A stretch of 49,242 nt of DNA. It comes from an uncultured Omnitrophica bacterium (GTDB lineage: Bacteria > Omnitrophota > Gorgyraeia > JACQQV01). Made by a program: the position numbers and the translations under genes. The stretch is from NCBI GenBank assembly GCA_947085655.1, contig CAMTXH010000004.1, positions 1 through 49,242 of the forward strand, given 5' to 3'. The notes below the pieces were generated by a model. That model had not been told where the DNA came from and did not search any database. It was given only the letters and a program-made list of their open reading frames with translations. Shown here piece after piece: positions 8,982 to 17,926 of this stretch (its first letter is position 1; each line of letters starts with the position of its first letter).

Positions 8982-9478
8982 GAGGGTTTTGGATGGACAA
9001 AAAGCTTGGTCTGTTTTTCGCCCTTTTCAATCTTCACCTGGAGTTTGATGAGCCCGTCGAGGACATTCTCGGGCCGCGGGGGGCAGCCCGGAATATAGAC
9101 ATCCACCGGAATGATCGTGTCAATACCCATCACGGTGGCGTAGTTATCGTAGAAACCGCCGGTGCAGGTGCAGACGCCGAAGGCAACCACCCACTTCGGC
9201 TCGGTCATCTGGTCATAAACCTGCTTCAAAACAGGCGCGATTTTATGGCTGATCGTTCCGACGACAAAGAGGACATCCGCCTGGCGCGGCGAAAAACGGG
9301 GCAGCCCCGCCCCGAACCGGTCTACATCATAATGGGAGCAGGCGGTCGCCATATATTCCATCCCGCAGCAGGCAGTGACAAAAGGATACTGGAAAATTGA
9401 AAACTTCCGTGCCCAGCCGATCGCGGCATCGAGTTTGGTGGTGAAAAAATCAAGTTTCGTAATATCTACCGTTCCCAC
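8978..9478 (-). CDS. nuoB: NADH-quinone oxidoreductase subunit B (copy 1)
   Basis: [23 protein letters not shown]. Confidence 0.96.
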   Translation of the reverse strand: MGTVDITKLDFFTTKLDAAIGWARKFSIFQYPFVTACCGMEYMATACSHYDVDRFGAGLPRFSPRQADVLFVVGTISHKIAPVLKQVYDQMTEPKWVVAFGVCTCTGGFYDNYATVMGIDTIIPVDVYIPGCPPRPENVLDGLIKLQVKIEKGEKQTKLFVHPKPS

Positions 9479-9825
9479 TCAAGCGCCCCTTTTTTCCATG
9501 CATAAAAAAGTCCGACCGCCAGCACAAAAAGGAAACTCGCCATTTCAATAAACCCGAAAAGTCCGAGTTTCCGGTAAAGGACCGCCCAGGGAAAAAGAAA
9601 GATGATTTCAATATCGAAAATAATAAAGAGCATAGCCACAAGGTAAAACTTGACTGAGAACCGGCCCATCGGCTGCCTGAACTGCTCCTGGCCGCACTCA
9701 AAAGGTGTTTCCTTCTCGGGGGTCGGCTGCGGACGCCCAAGGAGCCGATGTCCAATCACCATCGCCCCCGCAATCATTGCAGACAGAATTGTCAGAATCA
9801 ATATGCCAACATATTCTACCGCCAT
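9466..9825 (-). CDS. nuoA: NADH-quinone oxidoreductase subunit A (copy 1)
   Basis: PFECG, FDIEIIFLFPWA, KKGALEW. Confidence 0.96.
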   Translation of the reverse strand: MAVEYVGILILTILSAMIAGAMVIGHRLLGRPQPTPEKETPFECGQEQFRQPMGRFSVKFYLVAMLFIIFDIEIIFLFPWAVLYRKLGLFGFIEMASFLFVLAVGLFYAWKKGALEWER

Positions 9826-9848
9826 CGGTTTATCCTTATTAACCCTTT

Positions 9849-9877
9849 ATTATAGCCAAAAGTTTTTGGCTTGTCTA
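9849..9877 (-). promoter_or_regulatory. Sigma70 promoter of the left nuo operon
   Basis: Minus strand TAGACA-17 bp-TATAAT, followed by AAGGA upstream of nuoA ATG 9825. Confidence 0.65.
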
Positions 9878-9900
9878 CAAGCCAGCGCTATTTTTCCCTC

Positions 9901-9928
9901 TTGACTGTTACTCCTTCTGTTGTATGAT
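9901..9928 (+). promoter_or_regulatory. Sigma70 promoter for the FNR-like gene
   Basis: TTGACT-16 bp-TATGAT, 12 nt upstream of ATG 9941. Confidence 0.5.
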
Positions 9929-9940
9929 GATAAGAAAACC

Positions 9941-10651
9941 ATGCCAAGAAAGGAAATCTTCCAAACCACCTTTGAATCCTCCTATGACATGGGGGCCCAG
10001 ACTAAACATTTCCGGTTCAAACTCCACAATCCCTTCTCGTTTCAGGCGGGCCAGTTTGTGATGGTGTACGCTTTGAATGAGCCGGAAAACCGGAAGCGTC
10101 CCTATTCGATTGCCTCTCCCCCTTCCCTTCAAGGAGCGCTTGAATTCTGCTTGAACCGTGTTGAGGGCGGTTTCATGTCCAATTACCTCTGCGATTTAAA
10201 AGGGGGGGAGACGGTCCCGATGGAAGGGCCGTACGGAAAGTTCACCATCCGGGAGCCGATGGAGAAAGGAGTGCTTTTTGTTGCAACCGGAACCGGCATC
10301 GCCCCTTTCCGGAGTCAAATTAACGACCTCTTCGAAACCAGAAAAGCGCAGGATAAGGAAATCTGGTTGGTCTACGGCATCCGGTATGAAACCGATATCC
10401 TCTATAAGGAAGAATGGGAGAAACTGGCGGCTGCAAGACCGAATTTTCATTATATTCAAACCATCTCCCGTCCCAAAACCTGGACGGGTGAGAAGGGATA
10501 CGTCCAGGAAAAAATCAAAAAGTTTATCCAGGATCCTCAAGGGCTCGACGTTTATATCTGCGGTCTGCCGGCCATGGTGGAGGATGTCCAAAAGACCTGC
10601 GCCGAGATAGGATTTCCAAAGGAAAAAGTTCATTTTGAAAAATATGTCTAA
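9941..10651 (+). CDS. FNR-like FAD/NAD(P)-binding oxidoreductase without an Fe-S domain
   Basis: RPYSIAS, GGFMSNYL, GPYG, ATGTGIAPF, YICG...MV, C-terminal FEKY. Confidence 0.9.
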   Translation: MPRKEIFQTTFESSYDMGAQTKHFRFKLHNPFSFQAGQFVMVYALNEPENRKRPYSIASPPSLQGALEFCLNRVEGGFMSNYLCDLKGGETVPMEGPYGKFTIREPMEKGVLFVATGTGIAPFRSQINDLFETRKAQDKEIWLVYGIRYETDILYKEEWEKLAAARPNFHYIQTISRPKTWTGEKGYVQEKIKKFIQDPQGLDVYICGLPAMVEDVQKTCAEIGFPKEKVHFEKYV

Positions 10652-11037
10652 TGAAGCCGAGACTTGCGGAGCGTCAGCGAACGCAAGTCTCTGGCTGAAT
10701 TAGACCCCGCCCTTTTGGCGAAAGTAGATATGTATTATGTTTATGTGATACACTCTGGAGAGAATAATAGCATTTATATTGGAAGTACAAGCAATTTAGA
10801 TCGGAGACTCTCACAACATAAGTGTCGAGGTCCGTTTAAATTAGTATACTACGAGGCATACTTACACAGAACGGATGCTTTAAATCGCGAACGCAAATTG
10901 AAACATCATGGAAGTGGTATTGGCCATCTTAAGAAACGGCTCGTTAACAGTTTGTCGAGTTAATCCGCCAAAAGGGCGGGGTTTAATTCGGCCGTACAAC
11001 TTACGTCGCCCATGGCTCCGTAAGTTGTGGCCTCATT
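10650..11037. mobile_element. GIY-YIG gene cassette bounded by ~70-bp imperfect inverted repeats
   Basis: Inner IR 10693-10720 / 10966-10993 (26 of 28 complementary); homologous outer hairpins; termini AATGAAGCC...GGCCTCATT. Confidence 0.7.
10730..10963 (+). CDS. Small stand-alone GIY-YIG nuclease family protein, 77 aa
   Basis: YYVYVI...IYIGST...RRL..H...YEAY...A..RE..LK; start at ATG 10730; AT-richer than its neighbours. Confidence 0.88.
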   Translation: MYYVYVIHSGENNSIYIGSTSNLDRRLSQHKCRGPFKLVYYEAYLHRTDALNRERKLKHHGSGIGHLKKRLVNSLSS

Positions 11038-11041
11038 GAAA

Positions 11042-12442
11042 ATGCACGGCGATTCTTACATTACTCCCCCAAAACTACTCTGGTGTGCCGGTATCACAAC
11101 CGTCCTGACCTGGCTTTCCTCTCTCCTTGGCCTTGACTCAAGACAACTCACCGCAACCGGCGTTTTCCTGTTTATTGTGGTCGCCACCCTTTTTTTCTGG
11201 AAGATGCGTCTTTCCTTCGGGCTGATCGGCCTCACCGTGCTCATGCTCTTCGGCCTCCTCGACACTCCCCACCTCATCGAGTTTGCGAGTCTTGACGTTG
11301 TCCTTTTTCTGGTCGGGATGATGCTTGTCGTCGGGTTTCTGGAGGAGCGGAAGTTTTTCGAATATGTGATTGAAAAGACCCTCCGCCTCATCGGAAAAGA
11401 CGCCAATAAGCTCCTCATCGTGATGCTCGTTGCCTCCTTTATCTCGGCGGCACTTGTGGATGAAGTGACCTCTATCCTTTTTATGTGTTCCACGATGCTA
11501 CAACTGACCCGCCGCTACAAACTCGACCCGAAGCCCTTTATCTTGATGCTTGTTTTTTGCACCAACCTCGGCTCCAGCGCCACCGTGGTCGGGAATCCGA
11601 TCGGGGTGTTGATTGCGATGCGCGGGGGGTTCACCTTTCTTGATTTTTTGAGATGGTCTGCTCCTGTTGCCCTGGTCGCACTCACCATTGTCATTGTCTT
11701 TTCTTTCATCTTCTTCCGGAAAAGCATTCAGGAACTCCGGAAGGCGATGAAGGGGGAAAAAGAAAGTCCGGTTCATCTTGAGTCCATCTCCCAAAAGGAC
11801 CTCTGGGCCTGCTGGGCCCTTTTTTTGGTCACCGTTGCCCTCCTTGTCTCTCATCACCACCTGGAGGAACTCCTCCACCTTGAAAAAAATACCCTCCTTT
11901 TGGGCGTGCCGTTTGCCGCGGGGGGTGTTGCCCTCTTTTTGAGCGGTGAAAACGCAAGAGACCTAGCCGAAAAACGGGTCGACTGGTGGACCCTTGCTTT
12001 CTTCATCGCCCTTTTTGCCAAAGTCGGAACGCTCAAATATACCGGCGTCACCGGAGTCATTGCGAACCGTCTCGCCGAGGTTGCACATGGAAATTACGGG
12101 CTCCTTTTTGCCGGTGTCACCTGGTCCTCGGGACTCTTGAGCGCATTTCTGGATAACATCCTTGCGGTTGCCATGTACGCCCCTGTGCTCGCCGATCTTC
12201 AAACCCTCGGCTTCTACATCATTCCCCTCTGGTGGGGGATGCTGGTCGGATGCGCCTACGGCGGAAACCTCACTATGATCGGCTCAACCGCCAATATTGT
12301 GGCCGCAGGGGTCATTGAACGACGGAAAGAGGGGCACTTTTCCTTTATGGAGTGGTTCATCCCCGGGTTATGGGTAGTCCTTGCCACGCTGATTCCCGCC
12401 ACCCTCCTGATCTTTATCCAGATCGGCCTCATGCCTAAGTAA
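11042..12442 (+). CDS. ArsB/NhaD/SLC13-type ion-transporter superfamily permease
   Basis: Many TM helices; SAALVDEVTSI, TVVGNPIG, SAFLDNI, GGNLTMIGSTANIV; substrate cannot be read from sequence. Confidence 0.85.
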   Translation: MHGDSYITPPKLLWCAGITTVLTWLSSLLGLDSRQLTATGVFLFIVVATLFFWKMRLSFGLIGLTVLMLFGLLDTPHLIEFASLDVVLFLVGMMLVVGFLEERKFFEYVIEKTLRLIGKDANKLLIVMLVASFISAALVDEVTSILFMCSTMLQLTRRYKLDPKPFILMLVFCTNLGSSATVVGNPIGVLIAMRGGFTFLDFLRWSAPVALVALTIVIVFSFIFFRKSIQELRKAMKGEKESPVHLESISQKDLWACWALFLVTVALLVSHHHLEELLHLEKNTLLLGVPFAAGGVALFLSGENARDLAEKRVDWWTLAFFIALFAKVGTLKYTGVTGVIANRLAEVAHGNYGLLFAGVTWSSGLLSAFLDNILAVAMYAPVLADLQTLGFYIIPLWWGMLVGCAYGGNLTMIGSTANIVAAGVIERRKEGHFSFMEWFIPGLWVVLATLIPATLLIFIQIGLMPK

Positions 12443-12448
12443 GCCCCG

Positions 12449-12476
12449 TTGACTTTTTCCAACAAGTTGGTACAAT
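12449..12476 (+). promoter_or_regulatory. Sigma70 promoter of the 2M nuo operon
   Basis: TTGACT-16 bp-TACAAT with a TG extension; palindrome CCAAC-AA-GTTGG (12459-12470) in the spacer. Confidence 0.6.
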
Positions 12477-12529
12477 AGAAGTTATGAAGTGATTATGGCT
12501 TTCCACAGTCATCCAAAATTTACATAGCT

Positions 12530-12898
12530 ATGCTTGATAATTATAGTTACAACTATCTTTTCATTGCAATCTTTACCGCTGTCGCGGTTATTTTCCCGCT
12601 TCTCCCCATCCTTCTCGCCCGCTTTGTCGCCCCCAAAAAGCCGAATCCGATTAAAAACGATACGTACGAATGCGGTGTCGAGACGGTCGGAGAAACCTGG
12701 GTCCAGTTCCGCGTCCAGTATTACCTTTTCGCCCTCATTTTTGTGATTTTCGATATTGAGGCGATCTTTGTCCTCCCGTGGGCGGTCGCCTTTAACAAAC
12801 TCGGCCTCTATGCGTTTGTGGAGATGCTGATTTTCCTTGCGATCCTTGCCGGCGGCTGGGCCTACGCCTGGAAAAAGGGTGTTTTAGAGTGGATCTAG
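12530..12898 (+). CDS. nuoA: NADH-quinone oxidoreductase subunit A (copy 2)
   Basis: [24 protein letters not shown]. Confidence 0.96.
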   Translation: MLDNYSYNYLFIAIFTAVAVIFPLLPILLARFVAPKKPNPIKNDTYECGVETVGETWVQFRVQYYLFALIFVIFDIEAIFVLPWAVAFNKLGLYAFVEMLIFLAILAGGWAYAWKKGVLEWI

Positions 12899-12900
12899 AG

Positions 12901-12991
12901 TAGGGACGTTTCTAGTTCTGGCCCCAATGTGTCCCCTGTCCTCATTTTTAAACAAAAGGGACAGGTCGGAGCCAGGTGTAGAAACGTCCCT
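12901..12991. repeat. REP-like inverted repeat (GGGACGTTT family)
   Basis: agggacgtttcta 12902-12914 / tagaaacgtccct 12979-12991; first 22 nt identical to 40983-41004. Confidence 0.8.
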
Positions 12992-13001
12992 GGGAGTGGA
13001 C

Positions 13002-13655
13002 ATGACCATTGATGAAGGACTGAAGAGCGAACTCCAAAAACAGGGAATCTTCCTGACAAGTCTCCAGGATCTTTACAACTGGGGCCGTCGCTCCTCGATC
13101 TGGCCGATGCAGTTCGGGCTCGCCTGCTGCGCGATTGAGATGATTGCCACCGCCTGCGCCCGTTATGATATCGCCCGGTTCGGTGCAGAACTCTTCCGCG
13201 CCTCCCCCCGTCAGGCAGACCTCATGATTGTGGCCGGCACCGTCACCAAAAAAATGACCCCTCAAATTGTCCGTCTCTACAATCAAATGGCGGAACCGAA
13301 ATATGTCATTACGATGGGGGCCTGTTCCATCTCAGGCGGGCCTTTCCGGGAAGGATATAATGTCCTGCAGGGGCTTGACCGGTACCTGCCGATAGACGTG
13401 CATATCCCGGGTTGCCCTCCCCGCCCCGAAGCCCTTCTTGAAGGGATCATGAAACTCCAGAAAAAAATCGATGAGCAGAAACTCTGGCAGCTGGAATGGT
13501 ATCAGAAAGGAATCCGGCGTGAATTTCCGGTGCCGGCATTCGGTCCGCACGGTCTTGTTCCCCGGTACAATGCGGAGGTTTTTGATCCCTTGAAAGGAAA
13601 TATCGGAACCGTCAAACCGGAAAAGGAGCCGGAATTCAGTCATGGAACCGCTTGA
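13002..13655 (+). CDS. nuoB: NADH-quinone oxidoreductase subunit B (copy 2)
   Basis: [24 protein letters not shown]; start at ATG 13002 after GGAG, since the longer ORF start lies in the repeat. Confidence 0.95.
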   Translation: MTIDEGLKSELQKQGIFLTSLQDLYNWGRRSSIWPMQFGLACCAIEMIATACARYDIARFGAELFRASPRQADLMIVAGTVTKKMTPQIVRLYNQMAEPKYVITMGACSISGGPFREGYNVLQGLDRYLPIDVHIPGCPPRPEALLEGIMKLQKKIDEQKLWQLEWYQKGIRREFPVPAFGPHGLVPRYNAEVFDPLKGNIGTVKPEKEPEFSHGTA

Positions 13656-14136
13656 GGCGATCCAAAAACAACTGGAAGAAAAAATTCCGGGGCTAAAACT
13701 GACGCCGGAGGGAGCCGGTTTTCTGGTTGACCGGAAGGATCTTCTGACGGTGGCCCGCTTTCTCAAGGAAAACGAGCCGTACAAAATGGATTATGTCTCG
13801 AATCTCTGCGGGGTGGATTATAAGGAATATCTGGAATCGGTTGCTTATCTTTATTCGATGGAGAAAAAAGAGGGCCCTATCCTCCTCAAGGTTCGCGTGA
13901 GCCGGGAAGATCCGAAGGTGCCTTCCCTCACCCCCCTTTTCCGGGGAGCCGAATATCAGGAACGGGAGGCCTACGATATGTTCGGGATTATTTATGAAGG
14001 ACATCCGGACCTTCGGCGGATTCTGATGTGGGAGGAATTCGTACACTATCCCCTCCGGAAAGACTACAAACCGGAAGACCAGGATCTGCTCGAAGATGAA
14101 AAACAGCCGCCCGAAGCGATTCAGGGGGGCAAGTGA
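13642..14136 (+). CDS. nuoC: NADH-quinone oxidoreductase subunit C (copy 2)
   Basis: [29 protein letters not shown]. Confidence 0.95.
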   Translation: MEPLEAIQKQLEEKIPGLKLTPEGAGFLVDRKDLLTVARFLKENEPYKMDYVSNLCGVDYKEYLESVAYLYSMEKKEGPILLKVRVSREDPKVPSLTPLFRGAEYQEREAYDMFGIIYEGHPDLRRILMWEEFVHYPLRKDYKPEDQDLLEDEKQPPEAIQGGK

Positions 14137-15275
14137 TGGAAAAAGCGGCATCGGCGCTTGAGACCCAGATGCTTCAGGTGAATATCGGGCCGCAGCATCC
14201 TTCCACCCACGGCGTTTTCCGGATGAATGTGACCCTTGACGGAGAGACGGTCGTCCGGCTCAAGCCGGTCATGGGGTATCTCCACCGGAATCACGAAAAG
14301 ATTGCGGAAGGGGCGAGTTATCTGGCGAGCATGCCTTTTACCGACCGGCTCGATTATATCTGCTCAATGACCAATAATCTCGGCTATGCGATAGCCGTCG
14401 AGAAACTCGCCGGGATCGAGGTGCCGGAGCGGGCCGAGTATATCCGTGTCATCATGGCGGAGTTGACCCGTCTGGTGAACCATACCCTCCTCGTCGGGTT
14501 TCTTCTGAATGACCTGGGTGCTTTCTTCACCCCGACCCTTTACGCCTTCCGGGAGCGGGAAAAGATTCTGGATCTGTTTGAGGCGGCTTCCGGTGCGCGC
14601 ATGATGTGCAATTATATGCGGTTCGGCGGCGTCAAAAATGACTTCCCCACCGGCTTCATGGAAAAACTGAAGGAGGTCATCGCGAACTATCCACGCTTTC
14701 TGGATGAGTTCGAGCGGCTCCTTACCGAAAATGAAATTTTGATGGGCCGGTGCCAGAATGTCGGCATCCTCCCAAGGAAACTGGCGGTCAATGCGAGTGT
14801 CACAGGCCCGATGCTTCGTGCCTCCGGTGTGGACTATGATATCCGGAAGGTGGACGGCTACTCGATTTATCCCCGTTTCAAGTTCCGCGTGCCGCTCGGC
14901 ACCGTGGGCGATGTCTATGACCGATACTACGTCCGTATCCTTGAAATGCGCGAATCGGTTAAAATCCTTGAGCAGGCGGTCAAAGAAATGCCGGAGGGAG
15001 AGGTGTTGAGCGCCAAGGCGAAAACGGGAGCCAAGTCCCCCCGGACGTTCCGTCCGCCGAAGGGGGATGCGTACGGCCGGATTGAGTCCCCCAAGGGGGA
15101 ACTCGGCTTTTATCTGGTAAGCGACGGAACGCCGAATCCCTACCGGTACCATGTCCGCCCGCCGAGCTTTGTGAATTTGACGATTCTGGAGGATATGTGC
15201 CTCGGACTCAAGGTCGCCGATGCCATCATTATCCTCGGAAGCATTGACATTGTATTGGGAGAAGTAGACCGATGA
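14133..15275 (+). CDS. nuoD: NADH-quinone oxidoreductase subunit D (copy 2)
   Basis: [28 protein letters not shown]. Confidence 0.96.
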   Translation: MMEKAASALETQMLQVNIGPQHPSTHGVFRMNVTLDGETVVRLKPVMGYLHRNHEKIAEGASYLASMPFTDRLDYICSMTNNLGYAIAVEKLAGIEVPERAEYIRVIMAELTRLVNHTLLVGFLLNDLGAFFTPTLYAFREREKILDLFEAASGARMMCNYMRFGGVKNDFPTGFMEKLKEVIANYPRFLDEFERLLTENEILMGRCQNVGILPRKLAVNASVTGPMLRASGVDYDIRKVDGYSIYPRFKFRVPLGTVGDVYDRYYVRILEMRESVKILEQAVKEMPEGEVLSAKAKTGAKSPRTFRPPKGDAYGRIESPKGELGFYLVSDGTPNPYRYHVRPPSFVNLTILEDMCLGLKVADAIIILGSIDIVLGEVDR

Positions 15276-15276
15276 A

Positions 15277-15331
15277 TAGGGACTGTCCCCCGCACACTTC
15301 CATGAATCGCATGCAAGTGGGACTGTCCCTA
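15277..15331. repeat. REP-like doublet GGGACTGTCCC x2
   Basis: tagggactgtcccc 15277-15290 and gggactgtcccta 15319-15331; reverse-orientation equivalent of 683-738. Confidence 0.75.
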
Positions 15332-15345
15332 GGGTGGGGGCACTT

Positions 15346-15885
15346 ATGTTAGGACCGGGCCTTTTAAAAGGGATGGCGGTGACACTCAAACAGTTCGTGG
15401 AAAGTTACACGAAGAAAGGGAGTATCTTCACCATCCAGTATCCGGAAGAGCGGCGGGAGATGCCGGAGGCCTTCCGGAACTTTCCGATCCTGGTTTACGA
15501 CGAGGATCCGGAAAATCCCCGCTGCGTCTCCTGCGATATCTGCGCGAAGGAATGTCCGCCAAGGTGCATCACCATCGTCCGGGACCGGGATCCGAACGGC
15601 GCGGGTCTCAAAAAGCCGAAAGTTTTTGACATCGATGTCTCCGTCTGCATGTCCTGCGGCATCTGCGAAGAGGTCTGCCCTTTTGACGCCATCTTCATGG
15701 ATAAGGATTTCGAACTCTCCGCCTACGACCGGATGGAATCCTTGAACTTCCACAAAGAAAAACTCCTCCGTCCGAACTCCTACTTCCACAAAATCCGCCC
15801 GACCGACGCCGCCCGGATTGACGCCAACTTAAAGGCCAAACAGGAAAAACAAGCCCCGACGCCGCCTTCCGGAACGACAACTTGA
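15346..15885 (+). CDS. nuoI: NADH-quinone oxidoreductase subunit I (copy 2)
   Basis: TIQYPEE, CVSCDICAKECP, CMSCGICEEVCP; precedes nuoH. Confidence 0.94.
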   Translation: MLGPGLLKGMAVTLKQFVESYTKKGSIFTIQYPEERREMPEAFRNFPILVYDEDPENPRCVSCDICAKECPPRCITIVRDRDPNGAGLKKPKVFDIDVSVCMSCGICEEVCPFDAIFMDKDFELSAYDRMESLNFHKEKLLRPNSYFHKIRPTDAARIDANLKAKQEKQAPTPPSGTTT

Positions 15886-17045
15886 TGGAAACGCTCGACC
15901 AACTCTTCGTACTTCTCAAAGAGGGGATTCTCCAAATTGCGGAAGCGTTCCTTCCTTCGGGTCTCCTTCCTTTTGTTTCAATCCTTGTCAGCATCACCGC
16001 CATCGCCATTTTCGCCCCGGCCGTCATGATGTATCTCACTTGGCTTGAGCGGAAAGTCATCGGACGGATGCAGAACCGCTACGGGCCGAACCGGGTCGGG
16101 AAATTCGGACTCCTCCAGCCGATTGCAGACGGCATCAAGATGCTCACCAAGGAGGATATTGTTCCCGCAAAAGCGGACCGTTTCGGACATTTCCTGGCAC
16201 CGGTGGCGGTGGTGGTCCCGAGTCTCCTTCTTTTTTCAGTGCTTCCCTTCGGGAGGAATATGATTGCGGCCGACCTGGAAATCGGCCTTCTTTTCTTTCT
16301 CGCCATTTCGTCCGTCGGGACACTCGCCATTTTTATCGGCGGGTGGGGCTCGCGGAATAAATTTTCCCTTCTCGGTGCCATGCGGGCCCTGGCACAGATG
16401 GTTTCGTATGAAGTGCCGCTTGTTCTTTCCATTGTCACGGTGGTCATGATGGTGGGAAGTCTTTCCACAATGGATATTGTGGAGGCGCAGTCTGGATGGA
16501 ACGGTTTTCGCTGGTTCATCTTCACCCCCTGGGGGTTTTTCGGGTTTTTGATTTTTTTTATCGGAAGCGTGGCGGAGGTCAACCGGACCCCCTTTGACAT
16601 TCCCGAGGGGGAATCGGAGATTGTCGCCGGCTTCCACACCGAATATTCCGGCATGAAATTCGCCCTCTTCTATATGGCCGAATTCCTCGGTGCTTTTGCC
16701 TTTGCCGCCCTCGGGGCAACGCTTTTTTTCGGCGGCTGGCAGGGGCCGTTTCTCCCTTCCTGGCTCTGGTTCGGACTGAAAACCTTTGTTCTGGTATTTG
16801 TCATTATCTGGCTGCGGGGAACGTTTCCCCGGCTACGGGTCGACCAACTGATGGGTTACGCCTGGAAGTTTCTCCTTCCGATGGCACTCGTCAACATCCT
16901 TGCCGCCGGCGTCTGGTATTACCTCTCCCAGCCGCTTGCTTCCTTTGCCTCGGCCGCTCTTTTGGTGGCAAGTTACCTCCTCCTTTCCAGACTCTCCCCG
17001 ACCGGGACCCGTCTGGAAAAGCGGACTTACCGGTACGCGGAATAA
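15885..17045 (+). CDS. nuoH: NADH-quinone oxidoreductase subunit H (copy 2)
   Basis: ERKVIGRMQNRYGPNR, KEDIVP, EVNRTPFDIPEGESE, PRLRVDQLM. Confidence 0.96.
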   Translation: METLDQLFVLLKEGILQIAEAFLPSGLLPFVSILVSITAIAIFAPAVMMYLTWLERKVIGRMQNRYGPNRVGKFGLLQPIADGIKMLTKEDIVPAKADRFGHFLAPVAVVVPSLLLFSVLPFGRNMIAADLEIGLLFFLAISSVGTLAIFIGGWGSRNKFSLLGAMRALAQMVSYEVPLVLSIVTVVMMVGSLSTMDIVEAQSGWNGFRWFIFTPWGFFGFLIFFIGSVAEVNRTPFDIPEGESEIVAGFHTEYSGMKFALFYMAEFLGAFAFAALGATLFFGGWQGPFLPSWLWFGLKTFVLVFVIIWLRGTFPRLRVDQLMGYAWKFLLPMALVNILAAGVWYYLSQPLASFASAALLVASYLLLSRLSPTGTRLEKRTYRYAE

Positions 17046-17545
17046 TGGGACTTTTCTTTGTCGTGCTTTCATTGATGACCCTTCTCGGCGCTTTGGGGGC
17101 AATGCTCCTTAAAAATTTGGTGCATTGCGCCATCGGGCTTGTCCTTTTTTTCATCGGGATTGCCGGGTTTTATCTTCTTCTCCAGGCCGAGTTTATCGCC
17201 GCAGTCCAGATCCTGATCTATGTGGGGGCGGTGGCAACCTTGATCCTTTTTGCGGTGATGCTGACCGAGAATGTCATCGGTGAGACAACCTTGAAAGGGC
17301 TCGGCCGGAACCGCTGGGCGGCGCTCATCCTTTCTTTGGTGGTGGGAGGCGTTTTAATCAAAGCGATCGGGCATCAGACCTTTTCCGCCGCACAAGTAGC
17401 GGAACGGGTTTCGACACGGGAGATCGGCCGCTCGCTTTTGACCACCTATGTGCTTCCTTTTGAGGTCATTTCGATTCTTTTGGTCGCCGCCATGATCGGC
17501 GCCATTGTGATTGCCATGGAACGAAACAAGAGAATGGGAGAGTGA
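17045..17545 (+). CDS. nuoJ: NADH-quinone oxidoreductase subunit J
   Basis: AEFIAAVQILIYVGAV, PFEVISILL. Confidence 0.94.
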   Translation: MGLFFVVLSLMTLLGALGAMLLKNLVHCAIGLVLFFIGIAGFYLLLQAEFIAAVQILIYVGAVATLILFAVMLTENVIGETTLKGLGRNRWAALILSLVVGGVLIKAIGHQTFSAAQVAERVSTREIGRSLLTTYVLPFEVISILLVAAMIGAIVIAMERNKRMGE

Positions 17546-17612
17546 GTGAATGGGTGAATGGGTGACAGTCAAAAAAATGCTCACGCGCTCACACACTCAC
17601 ACACTCACCACC
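17535..17612. repeat. Octamer tandem repeats in inverted arrangement
   Basis: gagtga-gtgaatgg-gtgaatgg-gtga followed by ctcacgcg-ctcacaca-ctcacaca-ctcac, between nuoJ and nuoK. Confidence 0.6.
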
Positions 17613-17614
17613 CC

Positions 17615-17923
17615 ATGATACCTTTATCTTGGTACTTAACACTGGCAGCGGTCCTCTTCACCATCGGGCTCTACGGTGTCCTGGCCCGGAAAAATGCAGT
17701 GATCGTTCTCATGGGGATTGAAATTATGATGAACGCCGCCAATCTCAATTTGATTGTTTTCTCCCGTTTCCTCCCCCAGACCCGTCTTTCGGCGCAGGTT
17801 TTTTCTCTTTTCGGCATCACGATTGCGGCCGCCGAGGTGGCGGTCGGGCTGGCGCTTGTGATTGCAATTTTCAAAATGATGAAGACGATCGAGGTGGAAA
17901 AAATTGAGCAACTTAAAGGGTAA
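17615..17923 (+). CDS. nuoK: NADH-quinone oxidoreductase subunit K
   Basis: LMGIEIMMNAANL, AAAEVAVGLAL; start at ATG 17615. Confidence 0.94.
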   Translation: MIPLSWYLTLAAVLFTIGLYGVLARKNAVIVLMGIEIMMNAANLNLIVFSRFLPQTRLSAQVFSLFGITIAAAEVAVGLALVIAIFKMMKTIEVEKIEQLKG

Positions 17924-17926
17924 CCG

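Noticed and set aside
12927-13001. N-terminal extensions in the ORF track (nuoB2, nuoG, nuoK, yjbQ, GIY-YIG, MTase, sdhA)
   Set aside because: These extensions run through repeat elements or upstream genes; downstream ATGs match the expected family starts
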